Positions 44,540 through 55,181 are shown, numbered from the stretch's first letter. The stretch: DNA of 64,000 bases from an uncultured delta proteobacterium (GCA_963745035.1 CAVUVW010000013.1:1440001-1504000), one strand, 5' to 3'. The notes: a model not told the origin generated them from the letters alone. Numbers and translations: made by a program.

Positions 44540-45249
44540 GCCCGCTGGTCCTCGAACGGCGTCGCCTGGCGTCCGCGCAGCACGATGTCGAAGCGATAAC
44601 CCAATGCGAATTCAGGTTCGGTGACGTCCTGCGCATAGGACGCAATCAATCTTTGCCGCCCGCTTTTGCTCGGAATCGAGTTCAGGATCGGGTCCAGCGG
44701 GATCAACGGATCGCCCGGAAAGAAAAACTGGGTCACCAGACGCGTGACAAAGCTTGGACCGAACAAAGAGAGATGAATGTGCGCCGGCCGCCACGCGTTG
44801 GCATGGTTGAGCCAGGGATAAGCCCCGGGCTTGATCGTCAGAAAGCGGTACTCACCCTGTTCGTTGGTCACGCAGCGGCCGGCGCCGATGAAATTCGGGT
44901 CGAGCGGCGCATTGTGCTGGTCCACCGGATGTCGGTAGCGACCCGCCGCGTTGGCTTGCCATATCTCAATGACGCTGTTCGGCACGGGCCGCTCATCTTC
45001 ATCCATCACTCGGCCCACGACGATGATGCGTTCCCCGAGCGCCTCCTTGCCGGCATCGTCGCGCGAAAGATCGTTCTCACCCGGTTCCAGCTTCACATCG
45101 GCAAATAGCGGACCGGTGATCTCAGAGAGCGTCTGTTTGATAGGCACGAGCCTCTTGAGCGGCCCGCGCTTCACGGACGAGCCATAAGCCGCGAAAACAT
45201 ACGGAGGATGAGATTTCCGATCCAGCGATTTGTATTGTGGTATTTGCAT
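44536..45249 (-). CDS. pcaH: Protocatechuate 3,4-dioxygenase beta subunit
   Basis: SEITGP, WQANAAGRYRH, KPGAYPW, WRPAHIH iron ligands. Confidence 0.95.
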   Translation of the reverse strand: MQIPQYKSLDRKSHPPYVFAAYGSSVKRGPLKRLVPIKQTLSEITGPLFADVKLEPGENDLSRDDAGKEALGERIIVVGRVMDEDERPVPNSVIEIWQANAAGRYRHPVDQHNAPLDPNFIGAGRCVTNEQGEYRFLTIKPGAYPWLNHANAWRPAHIHLSLFGPSFVTRLVTQFFFPGDPLIPLDPILNSIPSKSGRQRLIASYAQDVTEPEFALGYRFDIVLRGRQATPFEDQRA

Positions 45250-45282
45250 GTCTCTCTCAATGCGTTTCGGTCTAGCCGCGTC

Positions 45283-45670
45283 TCACTTACTTTCCGTCTC
45301 CATTTCCTTGTACGTACGCTTGGCGACCGCAAACGCCGAATTGCCGGCCGGCGCACCGGCATAGACGGCGACCTGGAGCAGCACTTCTTTCACCTCGTCA
45401 CGGCTGACGCCCGTGTTGCGCGTAGCGCGAATATGGAGCGCAAGCTCTTCGTGCTTTCCCAAAGCTGCCAGCATAGCGATCGTGAGCATGCTGCGGGTCT
45501 TCTTATCGAGCCCCGGCCGACCCCATACCGCCGCCCATGCATGCTCGGTCACGTAGCGCTGCCAGTCGGCGTCAAAGTCCGTCTTGTTCGCTTCGGCGCG
45601 CGCGACATAGTCGGCGCCCAGAACGCTCTTGCGCGCCGGCCATGCCTCTATCGAATAGATCGTCGGACAA
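45283..45670 (-). CDS. pcaC: 4-carboxymuconolactone decarboxylase (frameshift near 45638)
   Basis: TTG start after GGAGG; MSDDLFDRGM..RKSVLGADYV, TEHAWAAVWGRPGL, EVLLQVAVYAGAPA. Confidence 0.9.
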
Positions 45671-45913
45671 TTTACACCTCCAGAACGAGTTCACTCCAAG
45701 CGCCTAATTCACGTGAACGGAACATGCTTCAAGATCCAAAATTCTGGTCTGTCTTGAAACTATCCGAGCCCCAGAGCGAAAGTCAACTTACGTGTGACAC
45801 TTGCGAGACGTTAGGTCTTTGACTTGTGCGCACGGCGCAGCAGTAGTATTCAACACAGGAAGCGTTGGAAGAATCTTTGATTTAGCGTCTGAGTTTATGA
45901 AGTCCCCGACGGT

Positions 45914-45946
45914 TTGAACGTTTTGAACGACTTGAACGGTTTGAAC
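45914..45946. repeat. TTGAACnnn 9-mer tandem array x4
   Basis: TTGAAC at 45914, 45923, 45932 and 45941, just before the next RBS. Confidence 0.85.
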
Positions 45947-45965
45947 CTTCATGAAGGAGGAAATC

Positions 45966-46580
45966 ATGTCTGAACCATTAGTCCTCGAAGTATTCTCCGA
46001 CTTCGTTTGACCCTGGTGCTACCTCGTCACCGGGCGTGTCGAGAAACTCAGAAAAGATTACGGTCTGAAGATCAAGTTCACTCAGTTCCCGCTCCATCCG
46101 GAGACTCCGGAAGAAGGCAGCGTGCGCGGGCCTGAAATTATCGCGCGCAATCAGCGCATGAAAGCCAACATGGAGCGCGAAGGTTTGCCGTTCAATGCCG
46201 AGCGCAACATGTCTTACAATAGCCGGCTGGCGCAAGAACTTTCCAAATTTGCCGAAGAAAATGGCAAAGGCGACGAGATTCACGACGCGCTCTTTCGCGC
46301 CTATTTCGTCGATGTGAAGAATATCGGCAAAGTGGAGCCGCTCGTGGAGATCGCTCAAAGCCTGGGCTTGCCGGCCGATGAAACCACCGACGCGTTGCTC
46401 AGCCGCAAGTACAAGCCGCAAGTCGACGAGGACTGGCGCCGCTGCGCCGCCTATGGCGTTAATGCCGTGCCGACTTTTCTCGCCGGAAAGTACTTGATGG
46501 TCGGCGCTCAGCCGTACGAGGAATTGCAGCGATTGATCGAGCACGTCTTGAAAGCGCCCGCTGACTCACATCCTGAGTAG
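45966..46580 (+). CDS. DsbA/FrnE-family thiol oxidoreductase, selenoprotein (UPWC)
   Basis: AAGGAGG RBS then ATG 45966; MSEPLVLEVFSDFV-TGA-PWCYL...FPLHP in frame with ORF 46122..46580 (NSRLAQEL, GVNAVPTF, GAQPYE); 204 aa. Confidence 0.88.
46023..46043 (+). promoter_or_regulatory. Putative bacterial SECIS hairpin
   Basis: CTCG-T-CAC-(CGGGC)-GTG-T-CGAG starting 13 nt after the TGA, with a G-rich apical loop. Confidence 0.6.
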
Positions 46581-46707
46581 AAGATCAGCGGCCGAGTCCG
46601 ATCGAAAGGCTCGATCACACGAAGATTCGTGATCAACGGCGCGGTGATATTGGCATCACCACGGCCGAGGAGTCTTAGATTTCGCAATTCTGCACTCCGA
46701 TATCCTG

Positions 46708-47703
46708 ATGAGACGTCTCATTTTTGTATCACTTTTCTTATTATTTTCATTGAGCTCGCTCTATTATATCTCCGCGCAACCGCGTCACCTCCATAGCAGC
46801 GCCGGTGTCGGGGGTCCGCAGATGGTCCTGTGGGCAGGGAAGGACTTTGGTACATTTCGCAAATATCAGTTGGACTTCGAAAGCGTTCTGATCCTGGGAG
46901 GAGCGCGTGGAATGCAGGCGCTGCTCGGCGGAAGCATTCATTCCGCAAATATGGCGGCCATGGTGCCCATCCGCACGAGCTCTCGGCGGTGGAGACGTGG
47001 TCATCGTCGGCGGGTTTCTGAACAAGAATTTGTTGAAGTTTATCGCGCAAAAGACGATCACTAAGCCGGCGGACCTTCGCGGAAAAAAGATCGGCATCGC
47101 CAATTTCGGCGGATCGAACGAATTCGGCGTTCTGCTCGCACTTCGAGAATGGGGCATTCCGCGCGAGGCGGTAAATATCATTCCCGCCGGCGGCAGCGCT
47201 TCGCGGCTGATAGCCATGGAAGCGCGGGGCCTGGATGCCACCGTCATTTCTTATGACCATGCTATCATAGCCGCGCAAAAGGGCATGACGATTTTAGGGG
47301 ATCTGGCCGAGATCGTGCCGGAATTTCCCGATAGGCTGATCGTTACACGCCGCTCGTTCCTCGAGAAGGAACGCGATACAATGAAACGCTTTCTTCAAGC
47401 CCTCAGCGAGTCGATCTATCAGGTGGGCAGCCAGCGCGAAAAAATGCTCCCGGTGATCACCAGACACCTCAAATTGGATCGCAAGGTGGCGGAAGAGACC
47501 TATGATTTGTACCACAACGTATTTTCTTTACCTCCGCGGGTCGGCCGGAATGGTATTAGAGATGTCGCCGACGTCGTTCTGCAACAAATGGGGCGAGCAA
47601 AGGACGAAGTAAATTTAGGCCGTCTTATCGACGAGAGCCTGATCGATGAGTTGGAAAAAGAGGGTTTCTTTAAAAATTGCAGCGAGAATACACGCAGAGA
47701 TAG
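46708..47703 (+). CDS. ABC substrate-binding protein, NMT1/SsuA-like (frameshifted)
   Basis: Signal peptide, GMQALLGGS, DLRGKKIGIANFGG, IDESLIDELEKEGFF. Confidence 0.82.
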
Positions 47704-47782
47704 TAGTAAATTGGCACGCGATTCGACCGAGGCGTGCCATTGGTAATTCAAACAAACGAACCCGCGAAAGGAGCTTTGTGAA

Positions 47783-48664
47783 ATGATTGCGAAAATCAAA
47801 CACGTGGCGTTTATGAGCCACAACGCGCCCCGACTCTGTCGATTTTACGAGTGCTTGTTCGGCCTGACGCGGGCACGCGCAGATACCTCGCCGTCCTCCG
47901 AGGAAGAATTTGCCAAGCGTTTCGGCAATCCGCTTTTGTCGACCAAACGTGTCGCCAAACCTTACGATGCGACGGTGATAGCGGGCGATGGCAACGTTGG
48001 GGTGGCGTTCCTGCGCCGGCGGCCAGGATATCCGGCGGGCATAGATCACTTTGGCATCGAGGTGGATGATCTGGATCGCGTTTTCAGCCGCTACAAGGAA
48101 AAATATCCCGCGGTGGGAGTTGTGAAGAGACCAAGCAACCGGCCATTTGCGTCTTTCAGCTCACACGATCCCGAAGGCCATTTGTTCGACCTGAGCCAGC
48201 CCGGTTTGGACAACGTCCGCGGCGTTTGGGCCGAGTCGGATCGAGAGCAAGATCGTTATATCAAGCACCTGACGATACGCGCCATCAATCCGGGTGCTTT
48301 AGCGCGCTTCTATGTGGACGTCTTCGAACTAAAAGAAGAGGAAAAAGCGTTGGAAGACCCGAATTTCTACCTCACCGACGGCAAAGTAACATTGATCCTA
48401 ACACCGTGGAAAATCGAGGACTATCACGGCGCCGAACACCGGGGTCCTGGACTCGACCACGTCGGATTCAAGGTAGAAAACATGGAGATGTTTAGAAAAG
48501 ATTTCGATGTTTTGACCAGCGTGGATCCTGAGTGGATGACTCCGAAGGCTCCCAATCAGGCTTCTGAACACGACGTCGTGCTGCGACTGCTCTCGGCTTG
48601 TCGTTACGGCCGACATCAGCTGGCCGATCCGGACGGAAATTTCATAGACGTAACGGATCAATAA
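47783..48664 (+). CDS. Two-domain VOC protein, paralog of 29629..30441
   Basis: IKHVAF, IDHFGIEV, HDPEGHLFDL, YLTDGKV, LDHVGFKV, DPDGNFIDV. Confidence 0.85.
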   Translation: MIAKIKHVAFMSHNAPRLCRFYECLFGLTRARADTSPSSEEEFAKRFGNPLLSTKRVAKPYDATVIAGDGNVGVAFLRRRPGYPAGIDHFGIEVDDLDRVFSRYKEKYPAVGVVKRPSNRPFASFSSHDPEGHLFDLSQPGLDNVRGVWAESDREQDRYIKHLTIRAINPGALARFYVDVFELKEEEKALEDPNFYLTDGKVTLILTPWKIEDYHGAEHRGPGLDHVGFKVENMEMFRKDFDVLTSVDPEWMTPKAPNQASEHDVVLRLLSACRYGRHQLADPDGNFIDVTDQ

Positions 48665-48710
48665 ATTGTTGGCGGGAATAACGATCCGGCTCTCTTTTCG
48701 GAGGACCTGG

Positions 48711-49704
48711 ATGAGCATGGAAAGATGGATCGCTACTTTAATCGCGCTTTCAGTCACGCTGTTAAGTCCTACGGCTGAAACTGCGCTTTCTGCCGATAAA
48801 TCGGACAAACTGACGCATGTCCGCATGGGCTTGGCGGCTAGAAGCACGACTTCCATGCCGTTTTTCGTCGCCAAGGAGCGCGGCTTTTTCCGCGAGGAAG
48901 GTTTGGACGTCGAGCTGATCGTGATGCAGGCGATTCAAACCATCCAGGCGACGATGGGCAACAGCACTCAATTCGCGTCCGCCACCGGATCGGCGGTGAG
49001 CTCCGCCGTTCAGGGCGCGGATATCAGAGTGATTTTTGCCGTCACGGATCGGCCGTCGTTCGATCTCATCGTCCAGCCCAATATCACCAGCGTGCAGCAA
49101 TTGCGCGGCAAAAAGATCGGCACCGGCGGCGTCGGCTCGTTGGCGGAAATTTTGGCGCGCCGGATCTTGGTCGCTCACAACGTGCGTCCTGAAGAAGTAT
49201 CCATCCTGGCCACCGGTCCAAGCCACGTAACCTACTTGTCACTGAAAGCAAAGGTCATCGACGCCGCGCCGCTGCAAATGCCTTTGACCTTCACGGCGCA
49301 GGACGAAGGCTTTCGCAAGCTGGCGGCCGCGGGCGAATACTATCAATCGGTCCAGGGCGGTCTGGCGACGACCAAGACGATGCTGACCGAGCAACCGGAG
49401 CTGGTGACGAAAGTCGTGCGCGCCATGCTGCGCGCGACGCGCCTGATCAAATCGGACAGGAAATACGCCATAGATTTTCTCAAGGGACCCTGGGTCGATC
49501 TCGGCAAGAATGCCGGATAAGATCGCCGCGCGCGTATACGACGTCGCTGGTCCTGACTTTCTGGAGAACGGCTTGGTGAGCGAAGAGATTCAACGACAGA
49601 TGATCGCGGACGCTTCGGTGCGGGTCAAGCCCAAGCAGCCGGTGCTGCCGGAGCAAGTGTTCGACTTCAGCATCGTACGAAAAGTCGGCGAGACGTTGAA
49701 ATAG
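48711..49704 (+). CDS. ABC substrate-binding protein, NMT1/SsuA-like (frameshift near 49510)
   Basis: ERGFFREEGLDVEL, QLRGKKIG, VFDFSIVRKV. Confidence 0.85.
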
Positions 49705-49709
49705 GGCAA

Positions 49710-50582
49710 TCATCGATTCAGCAGCGCCACGGCCATCGAGACCGACCGCCAAGCCCGCCGTTCTCTGCCTCGACAATCGTTCGCGGAAGATTAGCATCGC
49801 CAGGATCGCGCTGACGGCGACCACTCCGACACTGTAAATCGGAAAGAGCTGCGAGCTTTCCCAGCCCTGCAAGAGCTAAGCACTTCGAGCAGCGCGTAGA
49901 TCGCAACGTAATTGATCCCGCCCAAGACAATTCCGGCATAGATGTGCTTCATCCGGAAATCACGCGCTGAGAACACGCGTTTTGAAACGCCGATGACGAT
50001 GCTCGACGCAAACGCAAAGATAAATCCCGACATGACGTACGCATGGTACGACGGCGCGTCCAGATAGTATGCCTGCAAGTATTTGAGAATGGAGAAGTAA
50101 CAGCCGAAGGTAATGAAGACCAGAAGCGGCATCAGCTGGAATAACCGCGCACTCGAGACGCCGGAATTCTTTTCCGGCGCCGTGCACAAGTAAAGCGCCA
50201 AGAGCGCGGCGCACAAGACCGGCGATTTTCACGAGCGTCAAGGAATCTCCATAGAGCACAAAAGCTAGAAGTGAGGGAATAGCGACCGACAACCGGCTCG
50301 CCAAGGCCGCAACGGCGACCCCCGCGCGCTGCGCCGTGTAAGCGAGCAGATAAAAATTGACGGCGAGCAAGATTCCCTGCACAGCGGCAAAGCCAATCCA
50401 TGGCTGCGTCTGCAAGGTCGGCTGGACTCGAGCGATCCTCCGCCCCAGATGTTTCCGATCAAGACACAGGTCACATAATTGACCGGGATGGCCCAGAAGA
50501 GATTCACTCCCAGCTTATCGAAGGCGCGAAAAATAACCGGGATGACGCCTGAGCCGAGAATCGCAAGAAGCAAGTAGAACAA
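49710..50582 (-). CDS. DMT/EamA-family transporter (several frameshifts)
   Basis: AIPVNYVTC, AQRAGVAVAALASRLS, LFPIYSVGVV, LIFRERLS, found across frames. Confidence 0.75.
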
Positions 50583-50630
50583 TCGGTTTCAAGAGGCTAG
50601 AACTCGCCAGCACGATCGGATCGACCGGAA

Positions 50631-50772
50631 AGATTTCTCCCAGAGTTTACCCTGAGCCTTGTCGAAGGGGTCGAAATGACAATGCGTGAGTTTGGTCTGA
50701 GTAGTGCGGAAGGAATTGAAAGTGATCATCGCGTCGCTGTCATTTCGAAAGAGCGAAACGACTGAGAAATCT
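50631..50772. repeat. TGTCATTTCGA-type REP-like inverted element
   Basis: AGATTTCTC...TCGAAATGACA ... TGTCATTTCGA...GAGAAATCT; same family at 60443. Confidence 0.7.
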
Positions 50773-50831
50773 TTCCGCGCTCCGATTCATGTGCTCAGCG
50801 CAACTGCCAGATGACACTCGGGCATCGCATG

Positions 50832-52182
50832 CTAAAAAGACAACTGATTGACCCGATCCATCAGATCGCGATTGGCTTCCTGCGCATCGGCCACCAGCTT
50901 GACCTCGTCATGCGCACGAGCTTTCGGTCGCGCATGAGCAATCTCGCCGTTGACCATCACGGTTTTGACATCGCTCGCCTTGGCGCAGTGCACAATCTGG
51001 CTGAAGATATCGTTCACCGGCTGGTTATGAACGGTATCGATATCGACGAGAATCAAATCAGCCCGCTTGCCGACCTCGATAGTGCCGCATAACGAGTCGA
51101 GTCCCAACGCTTTGGCCCCGCCCGCCGTCGCCATGCGCAGCACCGCATAAGGATCGATCACGCCCGCGTCTTGATGATGGACTTTCTGGAGCAGCGACGC
51201 CGCCTTCATCGTGTCGAAAAGATCCTGCGAATGGTTGCTCGCCGCCCCGTCGGTGCCGAGCGCGACGTTGACTCCCTGGCGCAGCATTTCCACTACCGGC
51301 GCGACGCCGTCGCCGAGCATCATGTTGCTTACGGGATTGTGCGACACCGAACGAGCCGGTTTGTTTCAGCAGCGCGATTTCATCTTTGGAGATATGGACC
51401 GAATGGGCAAAGATCGAGTTCGTCCCCGGGATGCCGAATTCATGCAGAAACTCCACCACGCCGTTCTTGCCATGCTCCCGTCGCACGCATTCCACCACCG
51501 ATTTCGACTCAGCGACGTGAGCGCTGATACCCAGAGCTTTGTCGTCGGCGAAGCGGCGGATTTCTTTGAGCAGGTCCGGCGTCGTGTTGATCGGCGGCGT
51601 ATTCGGTCCGGTCATGAACTGAAGCTGCTCGCTGCGCGCATGGTGCGCAAGAATTTCTTCGATGCGGCGAAATGCCTGCTCCGGTTTCTCTTTCGTACAG
51701 TCAGGGACGATTTCCCCCGTATCCATGATCGTGCGCGCGAAGACGGCGCGCAGGCCCGAATCCTTGATCGCTCGGATCGTCTCGAACGCACATTCCGGAG
51801 AGGGGTTGAGAAAATTGTGCTCGCACACAGTCGTCACGCCGCTGCGAATCGCTTCGACACAGCCGAGCAGGCTGCCCGCGTAGAAGTGTTCCGGCCTTAG
51901 CACGCGCGCGCAGCCATAGATCCGTTTGAGCCATGGCATCAATTCCAGATCTTCCCACACCGCGCGGAGCAGCACTTGATAGAGATGCGTGTGCGCGTTG
52001 ACGAGACCCGGCATGAGGGCGCAACCCGTTCCGTCGATGACCGCCTCTGTCTCGTCGCTTCCTGGCGGCGCGCCCGCCTCCACCGTCCTAATGGCGCCAT
52101 CTCGCACACGCGCGTAACCCATGAACGACTTGCGTTCGGTCATCGGAATAACCAATGCGTTTCTGATTAGCCAGTTCTTCAT
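50832..52182 (-). CDS. Metal-dependent amidohydrolase (MtaD/AtzA-like deaminase), frameshift near 51355
   Basis: PGLVNAHTH, SGVTT, AHVAES, FAHSVH, HNPVSNMML, LGTDGAASN, GKRADL. Confidence 0.9.
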
Positions 52183-52312
52183 TATTCCTCTATAAACACG
52201 CTGATTATCGTGAACCATTAGCCGTTCTGATCTCAATGTTCAATTGCGCGCCGCTTGACCACCGGACCCAATCGGGAATAAAGTCGAGGAAATTCTACCA
52301 GCGAGGTGACCC

Positions 52313-52723
52313 ATGCCACAGGAAGCCAAGGAATTCAGACATCAGACTCCGGAGTTCGAGGGCGTCAAAAAGACCTGGCAGGTCTGCAACAGCGACCTGA
52401 TGAAAGTGCAAGTGCAGGTAGTGAAGAATGGCGGCGAGAACAATTTGCACACGCACACCGGTGAGGACGCTTTCTGGTACGTCATCAGCGGCGCAGTCAA
52501 GTTCTACGGCGAAGGCGACAAGCTCGTCGGCGAATACAAAAAGGGCGAAGGGATTTTGGTGCCGCGCGGCTACAAGTACTGGTTCGAAAGCGCATCGGCA
52601 GAGCCGCTCGAAATCCTGCGGGTAACAGCCAAAGATCAAAACATCGATAATAAGCGGGTCGATCTCTCGCCGCAAAAAGACTGGATGGTCCAGCAGAACA
52701 CATTCGGCGCCCCTCGCCAGTAA
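52313..52723 (+). CDS. Cupin domain protein
   Basis: GGENNLHTHTGEDAFWYVISG, VPRGYKYWFES. Confidence 0.85.
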   Translation: MPQEAKEFRHQTPEFEGVKKTWQVCNSDLMKVQVQVVKNGGENNLHTHTGEDAFWYVISGAVKFYGEGDKLVGEYKKGEGILVPRGYKYWFESASAEPLEILRVTAKDQNIDNKRVDLSPQKDWMVQQNTFGAPRQ

Positions 52724-52758
52724 TCGAGCCGATCACAACCATTCGTTTCCGCCACACT

Positions 52759-52786
52759 GTAGGGGACGGTTCCGGCCGTCCCCTAC
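52759..52786. repeat. GTAG-type REP-like palindrome
   Basis: GTAGGGGACGG-ttccgg-CCGTCCCCTAC. Confidence 0.7.
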
Positions 52787-52883
52787 TTTCATAAAGCACG
52801 CCGCCGCTTTCATCTGGTAAATAGTGCTGGCGCAAAAAATCTTTTTCGACTATACCTCCGTCCATCGTCGTCAGAGGTGACTC

Positions 52884-53873
52884 ATGCGTTTCAGTCGTGC
52901 TCAGCAAATTCTCTTTTTCTGTTCTCTCATTGTCCTAATGCCCTTGCGGGTTACAGCGGCAGCCGAGCTGCTGCCGCTTCGCGCCAGTTATTCGTCCATC
53001 GGGGGCGCTTTCGCGCCGCTGTGGCTCGCGCAAGACAAAGGCCTTTTCACCAAGTACGGCTTGGCCGTGGACCTCAAGTACATCCTCTCGGCGACCGGTA
53101 CTCAGGCACTCTTTTCCGGCAGCATCGATATCGTCAATCCGGCAACCGAGATCATCGAGGCTGGTTTAGGCGGTCAGCGCGTCGCTTTTATCGTCGGAAT
53201 TTTGAATCGCGCCGTGCTTTCGGTGTACAGCAAACCGGAGTTGCGCCAATTGAGCGATCTCCGCGGCAAGGTCATGGGCGTGACTCTGCCGGGATCGACC
53301 ACTGACCTCACGGCCAAAATTCTTTTTCAGCAGGCCGGCATGGCTCCCGGCAAAGACGTTCAAGTGACTCACTTGCAGGGCATGCCGGACATCATCACCG
53401 CGCTGATTCAAGGCCGGATCGACGCCGGCGTGGTCTCCGCGCCGACGACTTTGAAGCTTCGGCAGGCGGGCTTCAAAGAGCTGGTCGATGTCGCGGCCCG
53501 CAATGTGCCGATGATTCACGCCGGCCTCGCGACCACGCGCGACTTTATCAAGAACAACCCGGACAAGGTACGCCGTTACGTGCAGGCCTACGTCGAGGGA
53601 ACCAAAATCGCGCGCACCGATCCGGAAACGGCCAAACAGGTCATCGGCAAATATACGAAGACCGAAAACAAAGAAGACTTGGACGAAACCTACAACACCT
53701 ACGCCAAGGTCTGGGAAACGGCGCCGTACGTTTCCCCAGCCGGCATGCAGACTCTGCTCAATTTTTCCGTCAACCCCGCTGGGAAAACCGCCAAGCCGGA
53801 ACAATTCATCGACAATTCGTTTGTCGCCGAGCTGGAAAAATCCGGCTTTATCGAAAAGCTCTACAAGCCGTAG
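52884..53873 (+). CDS. ABC substrate-binding protein, NMT1/SsuA-like
   Basis: KGLFTKYGL, DLRGKVMGVT, GRIDAG, FIDNSFVAELEKSGF. Confidence 0.88.
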   Translation: MRFSRAQQILFFCSLIVLMPLRVTAAAELLPLRASYSSIGGAFAPLWLAQDKGLFTKYGLAVDLKYILSATGTQALFSGSIDIVNPATEIIEAGLGGQRVAFIVGILNRAVLSVYSKPELRQLSDLRGKVMGVTLPGSTTDLTAKILFQQAGMAPGKDVQVTHLQGMPDIITALIQGRIDAGVVSAPTTLKLRQAGFKELVDVAARNVPMIHAGLATTRDFIKNNPDKVRRYVQAYVEGTKIARTDPETAKQVIGKYTKTENKEDLDETYNTYAKVWETAPYVSPAGMQTLLNFSVNPAGKTAKPEQFIDNSFVAELEKSGFIEKLYKP

Positions 53874-53945
53874 CCCGGCAAAACCCCCATCGATTAGAAA
53901 TGTTCTTCTGAGACACTTGCATCGCCGATCCAGGTAAGACCTTCC

Positions 53946-55085
53946 GTGGATTTCAGTTTCACCCCTGCGCAGCAAGCTCTCATCGAACGCGTCCACCGAT
54001 TGGTGGCCGAGCGCATCGCGCCACGTGCGGCCCGGTACGACGAAACCTTCGAAGCGCCGGTCGAGGATCTGCAGGATTTGCACCGCGAAGGCTGGCTGCT
54101 CGCCAATCTCGACAAGCGGCTCGGCGGTCTCGGTTTCGGTTTGTCCGGGGAAGACCCGCTCTCGTTTTTTCTGATCGACGAATACCTTGCCTACGGCAAT
54201 CCATCCACGGCGCACTGTTTTCAGGTGCACAACAATGCGCTCATGATGATCAACGCAATGGCTAGAGAGGATCAAGTTCGCCGTTGGATCGAGCCCACGA
54301 TAAAACACGCAGCGCTCATCCCGGGTGCCGGCGCCGAGCCGCACGGGAGTCCGCCGACCACAGCCAAACAAGTTGCCGGCGGCTATCGGGTAAGCGGCAC
54401 CAAGCACTACGCTACCAACGCGAGCCTGGCGGAATGGCTGTGGATCGGCCGCGTGGCGTCCGACGCGCATTCCAAGCCCATCATGTTCATGATGCACCGG
54501 GACACCCCGGGATTGAGAATTGACTGCGAGATCTGGCGTCCCACCGGCATGCGCGCGTGCGTGAGCCCCTGGCTGCATCTCGATGACTGTTTTGTCCCGG
54601 AAGAAAACCTGCTCGGCAAGCCGGGGCAGTTTCTCGAAGAAAACTGGATGGGTAAGATCAACTTCGCGTTCACCGCGAACTATCTCGGCTCGGCGCGGGC
54701 GATGTACGATTGGGCGCTCGATTACACGCGTGAGCGCGGCGGCGGCAAGGATGCCTACCGCCAACTCCGCCTGGGCGAACTCAAGAGCCTGCTCGATGGC
54801 GCGCGGCTGGTTCTCTACACTGCCGTTCGCATGTTCAAGACCGATCCCGCCGGCGCCATGGTCGCCGCCCACGAAGCCAAATGGCTGGCCAAGGAGACGT
54901 TGCAGAAGATGATGTGGAGCACGGCGGAGATTTGCGGCTCGACGGCGCTATTCGTCAAGCATCCGCTGGAACGCTTCTACCGCGACATGCACCTGCACAT
55001 GATGCACGGCCGCCACGACATCGCCGCGCAGATCGTCGGCGCCGCCGAATTGGGCGAGTCGTACGACGTCAATCGCACACATTAA
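53946..55085 (+). CDS. Acyl-CoA dehydrogenase-fold flavoprotein
   Basis: MDFSFTPAQ, AEP, SGTKHYATN, W.PTGMRA, LERFYRD. Confidence 0.85.
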   Translation: MDFSFTPAQQALIERVHRLVAERIAPRAARYDETFEAPVEDLQDLHREGWLLANLDKRLGGLGFGLSGEDPLSFFLIDEYLAYGNPSTAHCFQVHNNALMMINAMAREDQVRRWIEPTIKHAALIPGAGAEPHGSPPTTAKQVAGGYRVSGTKHYATNASLAEWLWIGRVASDAHSKPIMFMMHRDTPGLRIDCEIWRPTGMRACVSPWLHLDDCFVPEENLLGKPGQFLEENWMGKINFAFTANYLGSARAMYDWALDYTRERGGGKDAYRQLRLGELKSLLDGARLVLYTAVRMFKTDPAGAMVAAHEAKWLAKETLQKMMWSTAEICGSTALFVKHPLERFYRDMHLHMMHGRHDIAAQIVGAAELGESYDVNRTH

Positions 55086-55090
55086 AGAGC

Positions 55091-55181
55091 TGGAGTGATG
55101 CGAGTACTGGAATAATGGAGTGTTGCTCGATCGGAATTGGAAAAACCCATCACTCCACTACTCCAACGCTCCATTACTCCA
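55091..55181. repeat. Inverted octamer arrays (TGGAGTnn / nnACTCCA)
   Basis: tggagtga..tggaataa tggagtgt ... tcactcca ctactcca acgctcca ttactcca, between convergent genes. Confidence 0.8.

Noticed and set aside
47711-47740. TGGCACG as a sigma54 promoter
   Set aside because: The -12 GC is missing and the sequence is one arm of a TGGCACGC/GCGTGCCA hairpin after a stop codon.
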